DNA from: Verrucomicrobiota bacterium
GTDB taxonomy: Bacteria > Verrucomicrobiota > Verrucomicrobiia > Opitutales > Seribacteraceae
Length of the DNA: 64,000 nt
NCBI GenBank assembly: GCA_027622665.1
Contig: JAQBYT010000001.1
Coordinates: 288,001-352,000, forward strand
Reading direction: 5' to 3'
Shown here: piece by piece, positions 20,429 to 33,550 of the stretch
Layout of the letters: every line of letters begins with the position of its first letter
Position numbering within the stretch: the stretch's first letter is position 1
The notes under the pieces: generated by a model
Databases searched by the model: none
The model's input: the letters and a program-made list of their open reading frames with translations, nothing else
Told to the model about the DNA's origin: nothing
Translations under genes and position numbers: made by a program

Positions 20429-21081
20429 GAAGAATCAGCCTCCGAAGCAATCGATGGGGACACCTGCTGGTCGTCGTGTATTTCTAGCGTCAAATACCTG
20501 TAGATCCCATGAGCAGACCACTCCATGTCACGGATGATTGAATCCACTCGGGATCGGAGAAATTCTTTACCGCAATATGCAAGCATCGCAATCGATAATC
20601 CTAAAGCAGTAGTTAATAATGCCGAGGAAAAATTGGGGTTGAGATTTACTGCAGTCACTGGCGACCCAAGTTTTTGAAGGGAGTCCAGACAAGACAAAAC
20701 GCTTCCAAGCAAACCAAGCATTGGAGACAATCCCGCAACAGTGCCGAGGAGTCTTTGACGCTTAGCCAATATCGGAATTTCAAGCATCGCTACAGACTGA
20801 ATCGCCTCTTGCATTTCTTGCTTGGAATTATTTCTATGGAGTAACGCTGCACGGACTAAAGCAGCGACAGGACCCCGTGTTTCTTCGCAAAGTGTAAGAG
20901 CCTCTAGAGATCTATTTTTTTTTAACAAATTGATAATCCCATCGAGAAAATCACTCGCGTTAATTTGAACTTTTTGGAAAAAGGTTGTTCGCTCAAAAAA
21001 AACCGTCATCCCAAAGACAGCCATCCCGAGCAACGGCCATGCCACAAGACCTGCGACATCAAAAATATTCAGATATTTCAT
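20425..21081 (-). CDS. exbB: MotA/TolQ/ExbB proton channel family protein
   Basis: Three TMs; ...FFER, SPMLGLLGSV, ALLTTALGLSIA. Confidence 0.88.
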   Translation of the reverse strand: MKYLNIFDVAGLVAWPLLGMAVFGMTVFFERTTFFQKVQINASDFLDGIINLLKKNRSLEALTLCEETRGPVAALVRAALLHRNNSKQEMQEAIQSVAMLEIPILAKRQRLLGTVAGLSPMLGLLGSVLSCLDSLQKLGSPVTAVNLNPNFSSALLTTALGLSIAMLAYCGKEFLRSRVDSIIRDMEWSAHGIYRYLTLEIHDDQQVSPSIASEADSS

Positions 21082-21098
21082 GGCACTGGGGAACTGCT

Positions 21099-23681
21099 TT
21101 AGTTTTCGTTTGGTGAAAATCTAGCTCGGGCAAGATTACGTCCCGGCAAACCATGTGCCAACAACATCTGATATACACTTCTTGCACCATTCGAATCCCC
21201 CTCCCTGTCGAGAATCTCTCCCAAATCAAGCAAGCTGCGAGAAATCCAATATTTGCCCGAGGCCTTAACATCTGAAAATCGATTGATGTCAGATAAAAAG
21301 AATTTTATTATATCTCGAAAGTATATAACTTTAGCCCTTGTCACGTCTTCCATCCTTCGGAAAACCAAACCTTCCTTGTACGCAGCTTCTGCATGCATCT
21401 CGGGAGAATGCCCTTGTAAACTTTTGAGCTCGGCATAAGCCTCGGCAACTTCAAAAAGTTTTTGACGATCATTTCGAGCAAGAGCTAAAAGGCAGTCAGC
21501 TCTTAACATGTAAGCGGATTTTCTTTCGGGGTGATCCCTGAAAAGATTATTGCCGAGCAGTTGTTTACATAATTCGAGTGCCGACCCAAACTCATTCCGC
21601 CGGCGAAGCAAATTGGCTTGGCGAAGACGTGCGTAGAAAACAAGTTCGTCGTCGGGATACTCCTGGATCAAGCGCTCCAGTAAATCTACGCCCTCTTTTA
21701 AATTTTCATCCATACCCCGTCGTTCAAGATGAAGGGCTGCTTCATACAGGGCTCTAGGTGCATATTGACTCTTCTTGAATCCGTCTGCCAAACGCAGAAG
21801 ATTGCGTTGTGCCTCATCGAGCCGATTTCTTGATGCGTGATGATATGCCTCAACTAGATATGAAAACGCCGATTCGTCAGAATGGGGATATGCGAGGTGC
21901 AAATTGGCGAAAATTTCCGCCGCTTGAGTTTCCTGACTAGATCCCAAAAAAGCTCTTCCCTTCGTCAACAAGACTTGAGCCCTTACTTGGTTATCCAAAT
22001 CGGCAGGTAAACCTTCAGCCTCTGTTAAAAAATCAATCACTCTATCAGATTTTTTTAACGCCTCTTCAGGCTTGTTCATCTGCAAAGCCAAGCTTGCATC
22101 CATCCAAAGTAGACGAACTGTCAAATCTCTAGGCACTAACTTTTCTTTATTATTTAAAAGCAGACGAGTTCTTTCTGACGCAATCTTCAGATGATTGTGT
22201 TCTCTCAAATGCACCAGCAGATTCCACTCTGCTTTCCAAAGTAACTCTTTAGAACCCTTCACATTTGAGAATTCATCCAGCAAATCAATTGATTTATCTA
22301 TGTCGTCTGTTGCCAAAAATGAATTGATTGCTCGAGAAAGAGCCCTATCGGAAATCAAATGGCTTTTAGCAGATGAATGCACTTCCAGATATAAGGCTGC
22401 CGCACTATCGTAGTCACCCGCTAGAAAATGGCAATCGGCCACTTGCAATGAAAGACGGTTCCGTTCCTCGGGCTTTTCTTCCAATTTACTCAATCTCCTA
22501 AGGAAATCGGCGGTCAAACGATATTTTGGGGGATTCCCCCTCCATGCCGCTGCGGCAAGAGCTCTAATGGCGTCAGGTTTTTGTGGTGATCCTGGAAATT
22601 CCTCCATTATCTGCAGAGCGCATCTCTCCGCTACGGCATTTTGCTTAAGCTCCAATGCGAGCTTTAACCTCATGACGAGAATTGTTTCGTATAATTTATG
22701 GTCCGGCAATTTTAAGATATTGTCCAAAAATGATGTGATTTTTTCATTTATCTCAAACCGGCTAGTTAACAAACGAAGCCCCATTCCCATCCATTCATGA
22801 TTTGTTCCAGTCTCTACAAGCGATTCAAGTACGGCTCGTCCCGTATCGTCTTCAGGTGATGATAAAACTCCGTAAAGCAAAAGCAAGCGATCTCGCCAAA
22901 TACCTTTTTCATTACCCACTAATTCAAGCTGGCGTCTCAATTCCTCAAGTGCATCGACTTTCTTGCCAAGAGAGTTGAGTACCATAACATATTGTACGGC
23001 AAATTCTTGACCGGCGGAACGACCGCGAAATTCCTCCATTTGTCGCTTGAGGTTAGCGGCCAGTACTTCACTTCCTCCAGTCTCTAAAATTTCATTGCGA
23101 TAACGCAAAAGCCTAAAATCCGCTCGACGCTCAAGAGTAATCGCCATCTTGAGCGACTGAGAATAGAGAGCTTCCGATGCGGCCGCAGAGGAAGCGGCCA
23201 TCCCTTGCAAGAATACAACCCAAGAACGATTTCCCTCACTCACGTCTTCAGGTTTTAGCTCCGACATCAATTTCCTAAGACCTTCGACATCTCTCTCTAG
23301 AAAGGAAATTAGGGCAAGATGCAGCAATGCCTCATCACTTTGTGCGCCAGAGTGCTCAAGTATTTTCAACTCTTCTTTCGCTAGCTCGATTTCGCCAATC
23401 GCCAAGAAGGAAGAAGTCAACCCAAGGCGAAGTTTGCGGGCCTGACTCTGCGGGACTTGTGCCTTCGCCGCATACTCCAAAGCGTCCTTGTATAACGAAA
23501 TAGCAATACGAGGCAGACCCACCTTCAGGGCGTCTGAGGCAGCACTCTCGTTTAAAGCAAATTGCAGACTCAAGCGCGTTTCTTCGACTGTCCCACACAA
23601 AGCACTCCATGAAACTAACATGGGGACTAAAAGCACTTTTTGGGAAATCCGAAATTGAAAGTTGCGAAACAGCCGTGTCAT
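21099..23681 (-). CDS. Large exported tetratricopeptide-repeat protein
   Basis: Signal-like N-terminus; repeated TPR-type helices ending in FPGS, YPHS, YPDD. Confidence 0.8.
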   Translation of the reverse strand: MTRLFRNFQFRISQKVLLVPMLVSWSALCGTVEETRLSLQFALNESAASDALKVGLPRIAISLYKDALEYAAKAQVPQSQARKLRLGLTSSFLAIGEIELAKEELKILEHSGAQSDEALLHLALISFLERDVEGLRKLMSELKPEDVSEGNRSWVVFLQGMAASSAAASEALYSQSLKMAITLERRADFRLLRYRNEILETGGSEVLAANLKRQMEEFRGRSAGQEFAVQYVMVLNSLGKKVDALEELRRQLELVGNEKGIWRDRLLLLYGVLSSPEDDTGRAVLESLVETGTNHEWMGMGLRLLTSRFEINEKITSFLDNILKLPDHKLYETILVMRLKLALELKQNAVAERCALQIMEEFPGSPQKPDAIRALAAAAWRGNPPKYRLTADFLRRLSKLEEKPEERNRLSLQVADCHFLAGDYDSAAALYLEVHSSAKSHLISDRALSRAINSFLATDDIDKSIDLLDEFSNVKGSKELLWKAEWNLLVHLREHNHLKIASERTRLLLNNKEKLVPRDLTVRLLWMDASLALQMNKPEEALKKSDRVIDFLTEAEGLPADLDNQVRAQVLLTKGRAFLGSSQETQAAEIFANLHLAYPHSDESAFSYLVEAYHHASRNRLDEAQRNLLRLADGFKKSQYAPRALYEAALHLERRGMDENLKEGVDLLERLIQEYPDDELVFYARLRQANLLRRRNEFGSALELCKQLLGNNLFRDHPERKSAYMLRADCLLALARNDRQKLFEVAEAYAELKSLQGHSPEMHAEAAYKEGLVFRRMEDVTRAKVIYFRDIIKFFLSDINRFSDVKASGKYWISRSLLDLGEILDREGDSNGARSVYQMLLAHGLPGRNLARARFSPNEN

Positions 23682-23808
23682 TTTAAAACAAGCCGACTAA
23701 TGGCAGCGTTAGGATTTTGCAAAGCAGATTTAATGTTTAAGCAAACTTGACGTTACATTTTCCAATTGACGCAAGGTTAGTAATATACAGAGATATAAAT
23801 AATAATAT

Positions 23809-23884
<76 letters not shown>

Positions 23885-23944
23885 TTCGTAGTCACGAAAA
23901 GCGAAGTTGACATGTTGACTCTTTGATCATCTGGGGAATTGAAT

Positions 23945-24712
23945 TCAATGATTTAGGAAAGAAAGAACCGTGCTATGTATTTCTGAGCTTGCGGCAACCG
24001 TTGAGTCACTACCTGCGGCTTCCTCGCCAATCCAGTTTGTTATTTTTCCGCCCGCTCCTTGAATGATAGGAATTGCACCATGAAAATCCCACGGGTTGAC
24101 AATGGGATCCAACATTACATCGGCCTTTCCGGTGGCCACCAAGTAATAGCCGTAACAGTCTCCCCATGTTCGACAGTAGGCAACGTTTTTCAACAGACTC
24201 TTCCAACCGACTTCGCTGCGATGAGTTGGTATGTCTCTTTCATCTGATGTCAGAATAACCCATTCGCCACATGGGCCAGACTCGCGAACAGACACTTTAT
24301 TGCCATCCAGTAAAGCCACGTTGCCATCGCCAACAAGCAACTGGTCTCCTAGGGCGGGTAAGTGTATCGCACCCAAAACCGGTTTGCCATTAAATTGCAG
24401 ACACAAGACGGTACCGAAGAGAGGGACACCTGCCACAAAGCTTTTCGTGCCGTCAATCGGATCCACCAACCAAGTCCATTCCGCTTCCTCGCGAACAGAA
24501 TCGAACTCCTCACCGACAATGCCATGTGTCGGAAAGTGTTCGCTTATTCGCTCGCGTAACACCTGTTCGGCTTGACGGTCAGCTTGTGTTACTGGAGAAG
24601 CGTCTTTTTTTTGGTCAACCTTGAGATCTGGATCGCGAAAGTGTTCAAGGATCAACTTGCCACTTTCGCGAGTCCAATCGAATGCAAGATTTTGAAATTG
24701 ATCCAAGTTCAT
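23945..24712 (-). CDS. hisN: Inositol monophosphatase family protein, probable histidinol-phosphatase HisN
   Basis: SPVTQAD, GEE, WLVDPIDGTKSF, RTWGDCYGY, PWD. Confidence 0.8.
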   Translation of the reverse strand: MNLDQFQNLAFDWTRESGKLILEHFRDPDLKVDQKKDASPVTQADRQAEQVLRERISEHFPTHGIVGEEFDSVREEAEWTWLVDPIDGTKSFVAGVPLFGTVLCLQFNGKPVLGAIHLPALGDQLLVGDGNVALLDGNKVSVRESGPCGEWVILTSDERDIPTHRSEVGWKSLLKNVAYCRTWGDCYGYYLVATGKADVMLDPIVNPWDFHGAIPIIQGAGGKITNWIGEEAAGSDSTVAASSEIHSTVLSFLNH

Positions 24713-24777
24713 GATCTATAATAGCGTTTAATCAACAATATGATGGCTTTTGAAAATTTGGCAACCGGTTCCTTGCC

Positions 24778-25437
24778 GTGAGTTGGACTCATTCCAAAAT
24801 CGCAGTTCTTGATTTCGAAGGAGAAGTCAGTACCGGAGTGGTGGAGTTTGGTGTAGTTGTAATTAAGGATTCGCAAATAATCTCAACAGAAACAGAACAG
24901 TGTAGCCCCTTGGGGACACTTCACCCAAAAAGCATTGAGATACATGGCCTTAGGCAGAGCGATTTATTAGGGTTAGAATCTTTTCCGAAAAAACAACGCT
25001 TTTTTGCTGAACTGAGAGATTCCGTAGATGTGTTTTGTGCTCATCACGCAAGTGTTGAGGAAAACTTATTGAAGGATACATGGCCTTATCGCCCAATCCG
25101 GAGCGAAAAACAGAATCTCAATTGGGGACCATGGGTAGATACCCTTCGACTTTACAAAAAGCTATATCCCGACATTGGCAATTATTCTCTTGCCCATTTG
25201 GTCAGCACCTTTGGCGTGGGAGACAATTTAGAAAAAAATGCCTTAAGGTCTTGCCCGCCGGGCAGGCAAAAATATCATTGTGCCCTTTACGACACCTTGG
25301 CTTCAGCCCTTCTGCTTACTAGGTTAGCGGAGGAACCAAAGATCGCCGATGCGAGCTTGGAGTGGTTGATCGAGGCTAGTGCTTCAGGACAAAAAAAAAG
25401 TGGCCTTCTAACTCAAGAAACCCTGTTTGATCGGTAA
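24778..25437 (+). CDS. DEDDh 3'-5' exonuclease (DnaQ-like)
   Basis: Exo I VLDFE, Exo II AHHASVE, WVDTL, Exo III HCALYD. Confidence 0.85.
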   Translation: MSWTHSKIAVLDFEGEVSTGVVEFGVVVIKDSQIISTETEQCSPLGTLHPKSIEIHGLRQSDLLGLESFPKKQRFFAELRDSVDVFCAHHASVEENLLKDTWPYRPIRSEKQNLNWGPWVDTLRLYKKLYPDIGNYSLAHLVSTFGVGDNLEKNALRSCPPGRQKYHCALYDTLASALLLTRLAEEPKIADASLEWLIEASASGQKKSGLLTQETLFDR

Positions 25438-25474
25438 GATAGTTGAAGACACATTCGCTGAATTACGACACATA

Positions 25475-28087
25475 CTATGTCTCGTCTCCGTCGCTACTTT
25501 CTTCCGCATGTGGAGGTCGTGACTCGGCGACGTCTTCGGCGGCAAGTTCAGGTGAAGGAGAATTCTCATCAGGGACAGACTCTTCTAAAAGCTCTTGATT
25601 TGGTTCGGTATCAATTGGCGAATCCTCAGGGTCCTCGTCATCACCTTCTTGCATGGCAACAACGCGAGAAATCGCAATTAGTTTGTCGCCTTTAGCTAGG
25701 TCCACAAGTTTAACCCCCTTTGTGCCTCTATTTGTCTCACGAATATGGAGCACAGGGCAACGAATGGCCTGACCTTTCTGGGTCAACATCATTATCTCAT
25801 CGTCCTCATCAACAGCTAAAGCACCCGCAAGAGCCTTCGCGTCCATAGCAATGACACCGTAACCGCCTCGCTTGCGAGGCGTGTTATCCTCACCTTCTCC
25901 ACCGCGAGGAAGGAAAGCTGAAAATTCAGTTCTTATCCCCAAACCGTTAGTGCCGGCGATTAGAAGTAGTCGCTCGTCGTCAACTACCAGCATACTCTCC
26001 ACATGATCTCCCTCGCGTAATCGAATTCCACGGACGCCACGGGTAACACGGCCTTGATTCCGAAGTTGGTTTTCGTGGAAACGGAGACCTTTACCATTGT
26101 GAGTAAGCATAAGAATATGGTCGTCTCCCGTGGTCTTACGGGCTTCAATGACAGCGTCGCCTTCATCCACGTTAATGCCAATAAGTCCTCCTTTTCGATG
26201 GTTGCGATATGCCGAGAGGTGAGTCTTTTTCACGACTCCCTTTCGAGTGCATAAAACGAGGGACACCGGTTGCTCAAAATCTTCCACACAGACCATTGCT
26301 GCGACTTTTTCGTTTTTTTGCATCTGAAGCAAATTGACGATGCTGCGACCCTTGGAGTCTCGCCTCCCTTCAGGCACCTCATAGACTTTTTCCACATATA
26401 CACGGCCATTGTTCATGAAGAACATCATTGTGTCGTGGGCATTAGCCGTAAAGAGCTGGTCGATGGGGTCCTCTTCTCTTTGTCCACTGCCGATCACCCC
26501 CTTGCCTCCGCGATGCTGTGAACGATATTCGTCGACCGAAGTACGCTTAATAAAGCCGTTCTTAGTGATGGTGATTACGCAACCATCATTAGGAATTAGG
26601 TCTTCCATTCTGATGTCGCCTTCAGCCTCCGTAATTATGCAACGACGGGGTGAAGGATAAGCATCCTTCATTTCTAAAAGGTCATCCTTGATTACTTCGA
26701 GAAGACGACTTTCGTTACCAATGATTTCACGAAAGCCTTCGATCAGAACCATCAGTCCGGCATATTCCTCCTCGATTTTTTCTCGCTCCATACCCGTAAG
26801 CTGATAGAGGCGAAGATCCAGGATGGCATTGGTCTGTCGCTCAGAAATAGTGAATTTCTCCATCAACTTTGCCTTTGCCTCATTCCTGTTGGCGGATGCG
26901 CGAATGATGCGAACGAACTCGTCAAGGTTATCGAGGGCAATCTTATAGCCCTCCAAAATGTGAGCTCGATCCTCAGCTTTACGAAGGCGAAACTGAGTGC
27001 GACGAAAAATAACCTCGCGGCGATGCTCAACATAGCACTCGAGCATTTCCTTTATGTTCATTTGCCTAGGCCTTCGCTTGTCGATCGCAAGTAGGATGAC
27101 GCCGAAGGAACTTTCGAGAGCCGTCATTTTGTAAAGCTTGTTGAGAGTGACCCGCTCAATCTCACCCATCTTCAGTTCAACCACGATACGAGTCGTTTCG
27201 GTAGACTCGTCGCGTAAATCGCTTACTCCATCTAGCAACTTGTCCTTAACCAAATCGGCAATGCGCGTTACGAGTGTCGCTCGATTCGCGTTATAGGGTA
27301 TTTGGGTGATGACAATTTGTTGCCGACCGCTAGGCAATTCTTCCACCTCCATGCTTCCCCGCATGCGCACAATGCCACGACCGGTTTTCATGTAGGATTG
27401 AATACTTTCAGAACCAGAAATAGTTCCTCCAGAGGGGAAATCCGGACCCGGAAGGTGCTCCATCAACTCATCGATCGTGATGGATGGATCATTAATCAAG
27501 GCACACGTCGCATCAATAATTTCACCTAGATTGTGAGGAGGTATATTCGTTGTCATACCAACAGCAATACCAGTGGACCCATTCATCAAAAGGTTGGGTA
27601 AGGCAGCAGGCAAAACCGTGGGTTCCGTCGAACTCTCTTTGTAATTTGGGGCAAAATCGACGGTGTCCTCGTCGATGTCCCGCAACATTTCTTCCGCAAT
27701 ACGCGTGAGACGGCACTCGGTGTACCTGTAGGCCGCTGCAGAATCACCATCAACAGAGCCAAAATTCCCCTGTCCGTCTACCAACGGATAGCGCATAACC
27801 CATGGTTGTGCCATTCTTACCAAAGTATCGTACACGGAACCATCCCCATGTGGGTGATAATTTTTAAGCACTTCGCCGACAACGCCGGCACATTTGTCAT
27901 ATGGACGATTGTGTAGCAAACCTTCGCGCATCATGGCGTAGAGCACACGACGCTGAACGGGCTTGAAGCCGTCTCGAACATCGGGAAGGGCACGACTGAC
28001 AATTACCGACATCGAGTAATCGATGTAGGCGGTTTGCATGATCTCCGTTATATTGGTTGGGATCAGACGCTCGGAAACTTCTTCCAT
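25475..28087 (-). CDS. gyrA: DNA gyrase subunit A
   Basis: [15 protein letters not shown], catalytic AAYRYTE, GyrA-box QHRGGKG, acidic tail. Confidence 0.98.
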   Translation of the reverse strand: MEEVSERLIPTNITEIMQTAYIDYSMSVIVSRALPDVRDGFKPVQRRVLYAMMREGLLHNRPYDKCAGVVGEVLKNYHPHGDGSVYDTLVRMAQPWVMRYPLVDGQGNFGSVDGDSAAAYRYTECRLTRIAEEMLRDIDEDTVDFAPNYKESSTEPTVLPAALPNLLMNGSTGIAVGMTTNIPPHNLGEIIDATCALINDPSITIDELMEHLPGPDFPSGGTISGSESIQSYMKTGRGIVRMRGSMEVEELPSGRQQIVITQIPYNANRATLVTRIADLVKDKLLDGVSDLRDESTETTRIVVELKMGEIERVTLNKLYKMTALESSFGVILLAIDKRRPRQMNIKEMLECYVEHRREVIFRRTQFRLRKAEDRAHILEGYKIALDNLDEFVRIIRASANRNEAKAKLMEKFTISERQTNAILDLRLYQLTGMEREKIEEEYAGLMVLIEGFREIIGNESRLLEVIKDDLLEMKDAYPSPRRCIITEAEGDIRMEDLIPNDGCVITITKNGFIKRTSVDEYRSQHRGGKGVIGSGQREEDPIDQLFTANAHDTMMFFMNNGRVYVEKVYEVPEGRRDSKGRSIVNLLQMQKNEKVAAMVCVEDFEQPVSLVLCTRKGVVKKTHLSAYRNHRKGGLIGINVDEGDAVIEARKTTGDDHILMLTHNGKGLRFHENQLRNQGRVTRGVRGIRLREGDHVESMLVVDDERLLLIAGTNGLGIRTEFSAFLPRGGEGEDNTPRKRGGYGVIAMDAKALAGALAVDEDDEIMMLTQKGQAIRCPVLHIRETNRGTKGVKLVDLAKGDKLIAISRVVAMQEGDDEDPEDSPIDTEPNQELLEESVPDENSPSPELAAEDVAESRPPHAEESSDGDET

Positions 28088-28157
28088 TTGAATCTATTGG
28101 TTGGGATGATTGGTGGTCGAAAGGTTACTGGCGCTACTTAACAAAATAGCTGCTGGG

Positions 28158-30704
<2,547 letters not shown>

Positions 30705-30783
30705 CTATTAGTAATTCTTGTAGAATGCGAGGGGTGAAGTCTTCAACAAATTACATTTTTTTTTGGTAAGGTAAAACACTTCT

Positions 30784-30813
30784 TTTATAAGCAAAAGGGA
30801 GGGGGTTGGTCAA
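30784..30813 (-). promoter_or_regulatory. Putative sigma70 promoter of gyrBA
   Basis: TTGACC-N18-TATAAA about 100 nt upstream of the gyrB start. Confidence 0.45.
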
Positions 30814-30990
30814 GTGGTTTTGAATAGATTTGAACATGGACAAGGGAAAGATTCAGTAGTGATGGACATGGGCAAATTAGGCCCGACCTCAAACTATCGC
30901 AATGCCTTTATATTAAGCATTTTATGAATCTTTTGTGCGGTTGGTTTTTTGTCGTGAAAAAACGAAGGTCGTATTTTTTAATATCACACC

Positions 30991-31126
30991 CCCGAGTGAC
31001 CTTCCGAACATCTTTCATTTTATTGCTTAAACACCTTGTGATTCGATGGTCCCAATAGAACCACAAGAATCAAGGGAAAACCTGTGGCCTGAAGTGATGA
31101 CCGCAACAATCGTGAATACACTCGGG
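30991..31126 (-). ncRNA. Candidate structured ncRNA (6S RNA-like rod with central bubble)
   Basis: Closing stem CCCGAGUG/CACUCGGG; nested UUC/GAA, CGA/UCG, CAUC/GAUG, UUCA/UGAA; ~14/16-nt bubble; CCUUG/CAAGG, AUUC/GAAU, UGGUUC/GGACCA. Confidence 0.4.
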
Positions 31127-33013
31127 TTATTGAAATAGACCTCTTATTCCTCCCTCAAAAGGGTGAAATCCCCAAAAATACCCAATCAATACGACACTTG
31201 AAAAGAAATAGAGCAAATTTAAGGGCAATCCGATCTTTACGAAGTCTCGGAAGCGATATCCTCCAACACTGTAAACATAAGTGTTTGTTTGATAACCGAT
31301 AGGAGTAGTGAAACTGGCGGAGGCAGCAATGCAAGTAGCCAGAATAAACGATCGGGCATCTTCAGCCCCAAAATTAAGCCTGCTTGCCAATTCCAAGGAA
31401 ATCGGGGCCATCAAGACGATTGTTGCATTATTGGAAAGGATTTCGGTGAGAACAGCAGTGGTAAGGTAAATTGCAGATAATAGAAGAAATGGCCGTAACT
31501 CTTCGGGCGCATATGCAAACACTCCTGACGCCAGGGCCTCTGCAATCAAATTTGAGGCACCAGAGGATTTCATCGCCAATCCGAGGGTGAGCATTCCATA
31601 AATAAGAACGAGCATGTTCCACTCTACCGAAGCGTATCCATCCTTGGGTTTTATGCACCCAGTTAAAAAAAGAATGGCCACGCCTATGATAGCGGATGCC
31701 GCAATGGGCATAACGCCAAACGCCGAAAAGCCAACGATCCCAGCAATCACACCAATTACCACAGGTGCTTTTCGACTCATGTCCTCCACTGGTACGGGGG
31801 GGTGATCGAGCAGTATCAAGTCCTCGCCTAGCCGAATGTTTTCTATAGATTCTTCAGACCCTAGCAATAAAAGAGTATCCGTAGAGCGGAGGCGGATAGA
31901 ATCGATTTCCTGCGTTAAATTGCGGCCCTTCCGATGAATGGCTATAACCGCTACATTGTGACGCTTTCGAAAATCAATCTCACTTATGCTGAGCGAAATA
32001 AGTGGTGAGGCTGGTCCTATGACGCCTTCCACCATTACGCCCGAGGCAGAGGAAACCTGTTCTAGACCGAGCGTTGTCTCACTTAGCAAATCCAGTCCAT
32101 CCATATTTCGCGACTCAACTATACCCGAAGGTCTGCATGAAAGAATAAGGCGATCCCCTGACCGCAAAACAAGCTTACCTTTGTCTCCGGTTAACACTCG
32201 TCCTTCTCGACAAACATCAAGGAGACGCATCCTCTTGAGGTTGGACAGCCCCGATTCGTCAACAGTCTTGCCGTCAAGAGAGGAGTCCGAAAGAACGATG
32301 GCTTCGGTCAAGAACTCCTTTTGCTGAATGTCCGACAGTATGCTGGCGAGTGCTTCGCGATCAGGCAAAAGTCGTCGACCGAAAAGGACGAGATACCCGG
32401 TCGCGACAAAAAAGAGGGGCAACCCGACCTTGGCCAACTCGAACATTCCGAGTGGTTCCATCTCTGGATAAATCTCATTTTTGCCCATTATGCCGCTGGC
32501 CAGGACATTCGTACTTGTTCCTACAAGCGTACAACATCCGCCAAAGATGGAAGCATATGACAACGGAATAAGTAGCTTCGACGAAGAGATATTCATCGAT
32601 TTAGCCAAGCTCATCACAACCGGAAGGAAGACAACGACTACGGGAGTATTGTTGACGAAAGCAGAGATAAGGGCAACGGATGCAACTAACACTAGCAGAA
32701 AGCCTCGGTATCCGATGCCTACAAGGCGAGTGAGGTAGCCCGATGCCGCTTCAATCAAGTGGCATTTCCCCAAGGCAGCACTCACTACAAACATTGCAGC
32801 AATTGTTAGCGGGGCGGGATTGGCAAAGACCCCGAGAATCTCATCCAGTCCCGGCAAGCGTTCCGAACCAGTAAAAATTGAAACGATGGCGATGAGGGCA
32901 AAAACCGTAATGGCCGTTACGTCAGTCGGGACACGCTCCAAGATAAAACTCACCAATGCGGCGAGCAGCAAAAACGAGACAAATACTATTTCCCAAGACA
33001 TGGAATGCGGCAA
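31127..33013 (-). CDS. SLC13/CitMHS family permease with two TrkA-C (RCK_C) domains
   Basis: SAFVNNTPVV, GTSTN, EILSNNA, FTTPIGYQTN; central soluble TrkA-C repeats. Confidence 0.92.
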   Translation of the reverse strand: MPHSMSWEIVFVSFLLLAALVSFILERVPTDVTAITVFALIAIVSIFTGSERLPGLDEILGVFANPAPLTIAAMFVVSAALGKCHLIEAASGYLTRLVGIGYRGFLLVLVASVALISAFVNNTPVVVVFLPVVMSLAKSMNISSSKLLIPLSYASIFGGCCTLVGTSTNVLASGIMGKNEIYPEMEPLGMFELAKVGLPLFFVATGYLVLFGRRLLPDREALASILSDIQQKEFLTEAIVLSDSSLDGKTVDESGLSNLKRMRLLDVCREGRVLTGDKGKLVLRSGDRLILSCRPSGIVESRNMDGLDLLSETTLGLEQVSSASGVMVEGVIGPASPLISLSISEIDFRKRHNVAVIAIHRKGRNLTQEIDSIRLRSTDTLLLLGSEESIENIRLGEDLILLDHPPVPVEDMSRKAPVVIGVIAGIVGFSAFGVMPIAASAIIGVAILFLTGCIKPKDGYASVEWNMLVLIYGMLTLGLAMKSSGASNLIAEALASGVFAYAPEELRPFLLLSAIYLTTAVLTEILSNNATIVLMAPISLELASRLNFGAEDARSFILATCIAASASFTTPIGYQTNTYVYSVGGYRFRDFVKIGLPLNLLYFFSSVVLIGYFWGFHPFEGGIRGLFQ

Positions 33014-33039
33014 TCGTTACAAAAAGAGAGAATCCGACC

Positions 33040-33393
33040 TCAGTTCTTGGCGAAGGTGGAACCGTTCCAACCCCACATCTCTCTAGGAACATCGTGAAAG
33101 TTCAGGTAGATTCGCTTAGGAGCAATAGACAGTCTTTCGCTAAGAAACTTGCACAACGCAAAAGAAAGGGTTGGTGCATCCATGACAGAAAGTCCAATGG
33201 AGAAAAGCTCTGCAAAAAGTGCGGGTTCGTTCGTTCCGGCAAAGAAGATACTTTCGCCAAGATTCAGTCTAACCATAACATAATCCTCCGACTTCCCCAA
33301 TATTTCTGCACATTTAAACGATAATTCAGTCAAAAGCTCGGCTTTGTCCGATTGGGAGAGGGATTGGTTCGTGGTGACCGAAACAAATGGCAT
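33040..33393 (-). CDS. MIF / phenylpyruvate tautomerase family protein
   Basis: Start at MPFVSVTTN gives catalytic Pro1; LGKSEDYVM, SIG, RIYLNF, WGWNGSTF. Confidence 0.9.
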   Translation of the reverse strand: MPFVSVTTNQSLSQSDKAELLTELSFKCAEILGKSEDYVMVRLNLGESIFFAGTNEPALFAELFSIGLSVMDAPTLSFALCKFLSERLSIAPKRIYLNFHDVPREMWGWNGSTFAKN

Positions 33394-33550
33394 TGGCTCA
33401 AACGGATTCAGTATAAAAAAACATATTTGGAGATTCATTGAAAGGGTAAAGGCTGAGACGCGCAAACAGAAGTTGCTAAAATCTCATATAATCAATACGG
33501 TGATGATTTTCTTGAAGTTGTTTGCTCTAAAGGAAAAATTAATTGCAAGA

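Noticed and set aside
30862..30927. 21-codon plus-strand mini-ORF upstream of gyrB
   Set aside because: It is short, has no recognisable motif or initiation signal, and is expected by chance.
33344..33550. N-terminal extension of HemB and apparent overlap with the MIF-like ORF
   Set aside because: Family-typical starts are 33551 (hemB) and 33393 (MIF), which leaves an ordinary divergent promoter gap.
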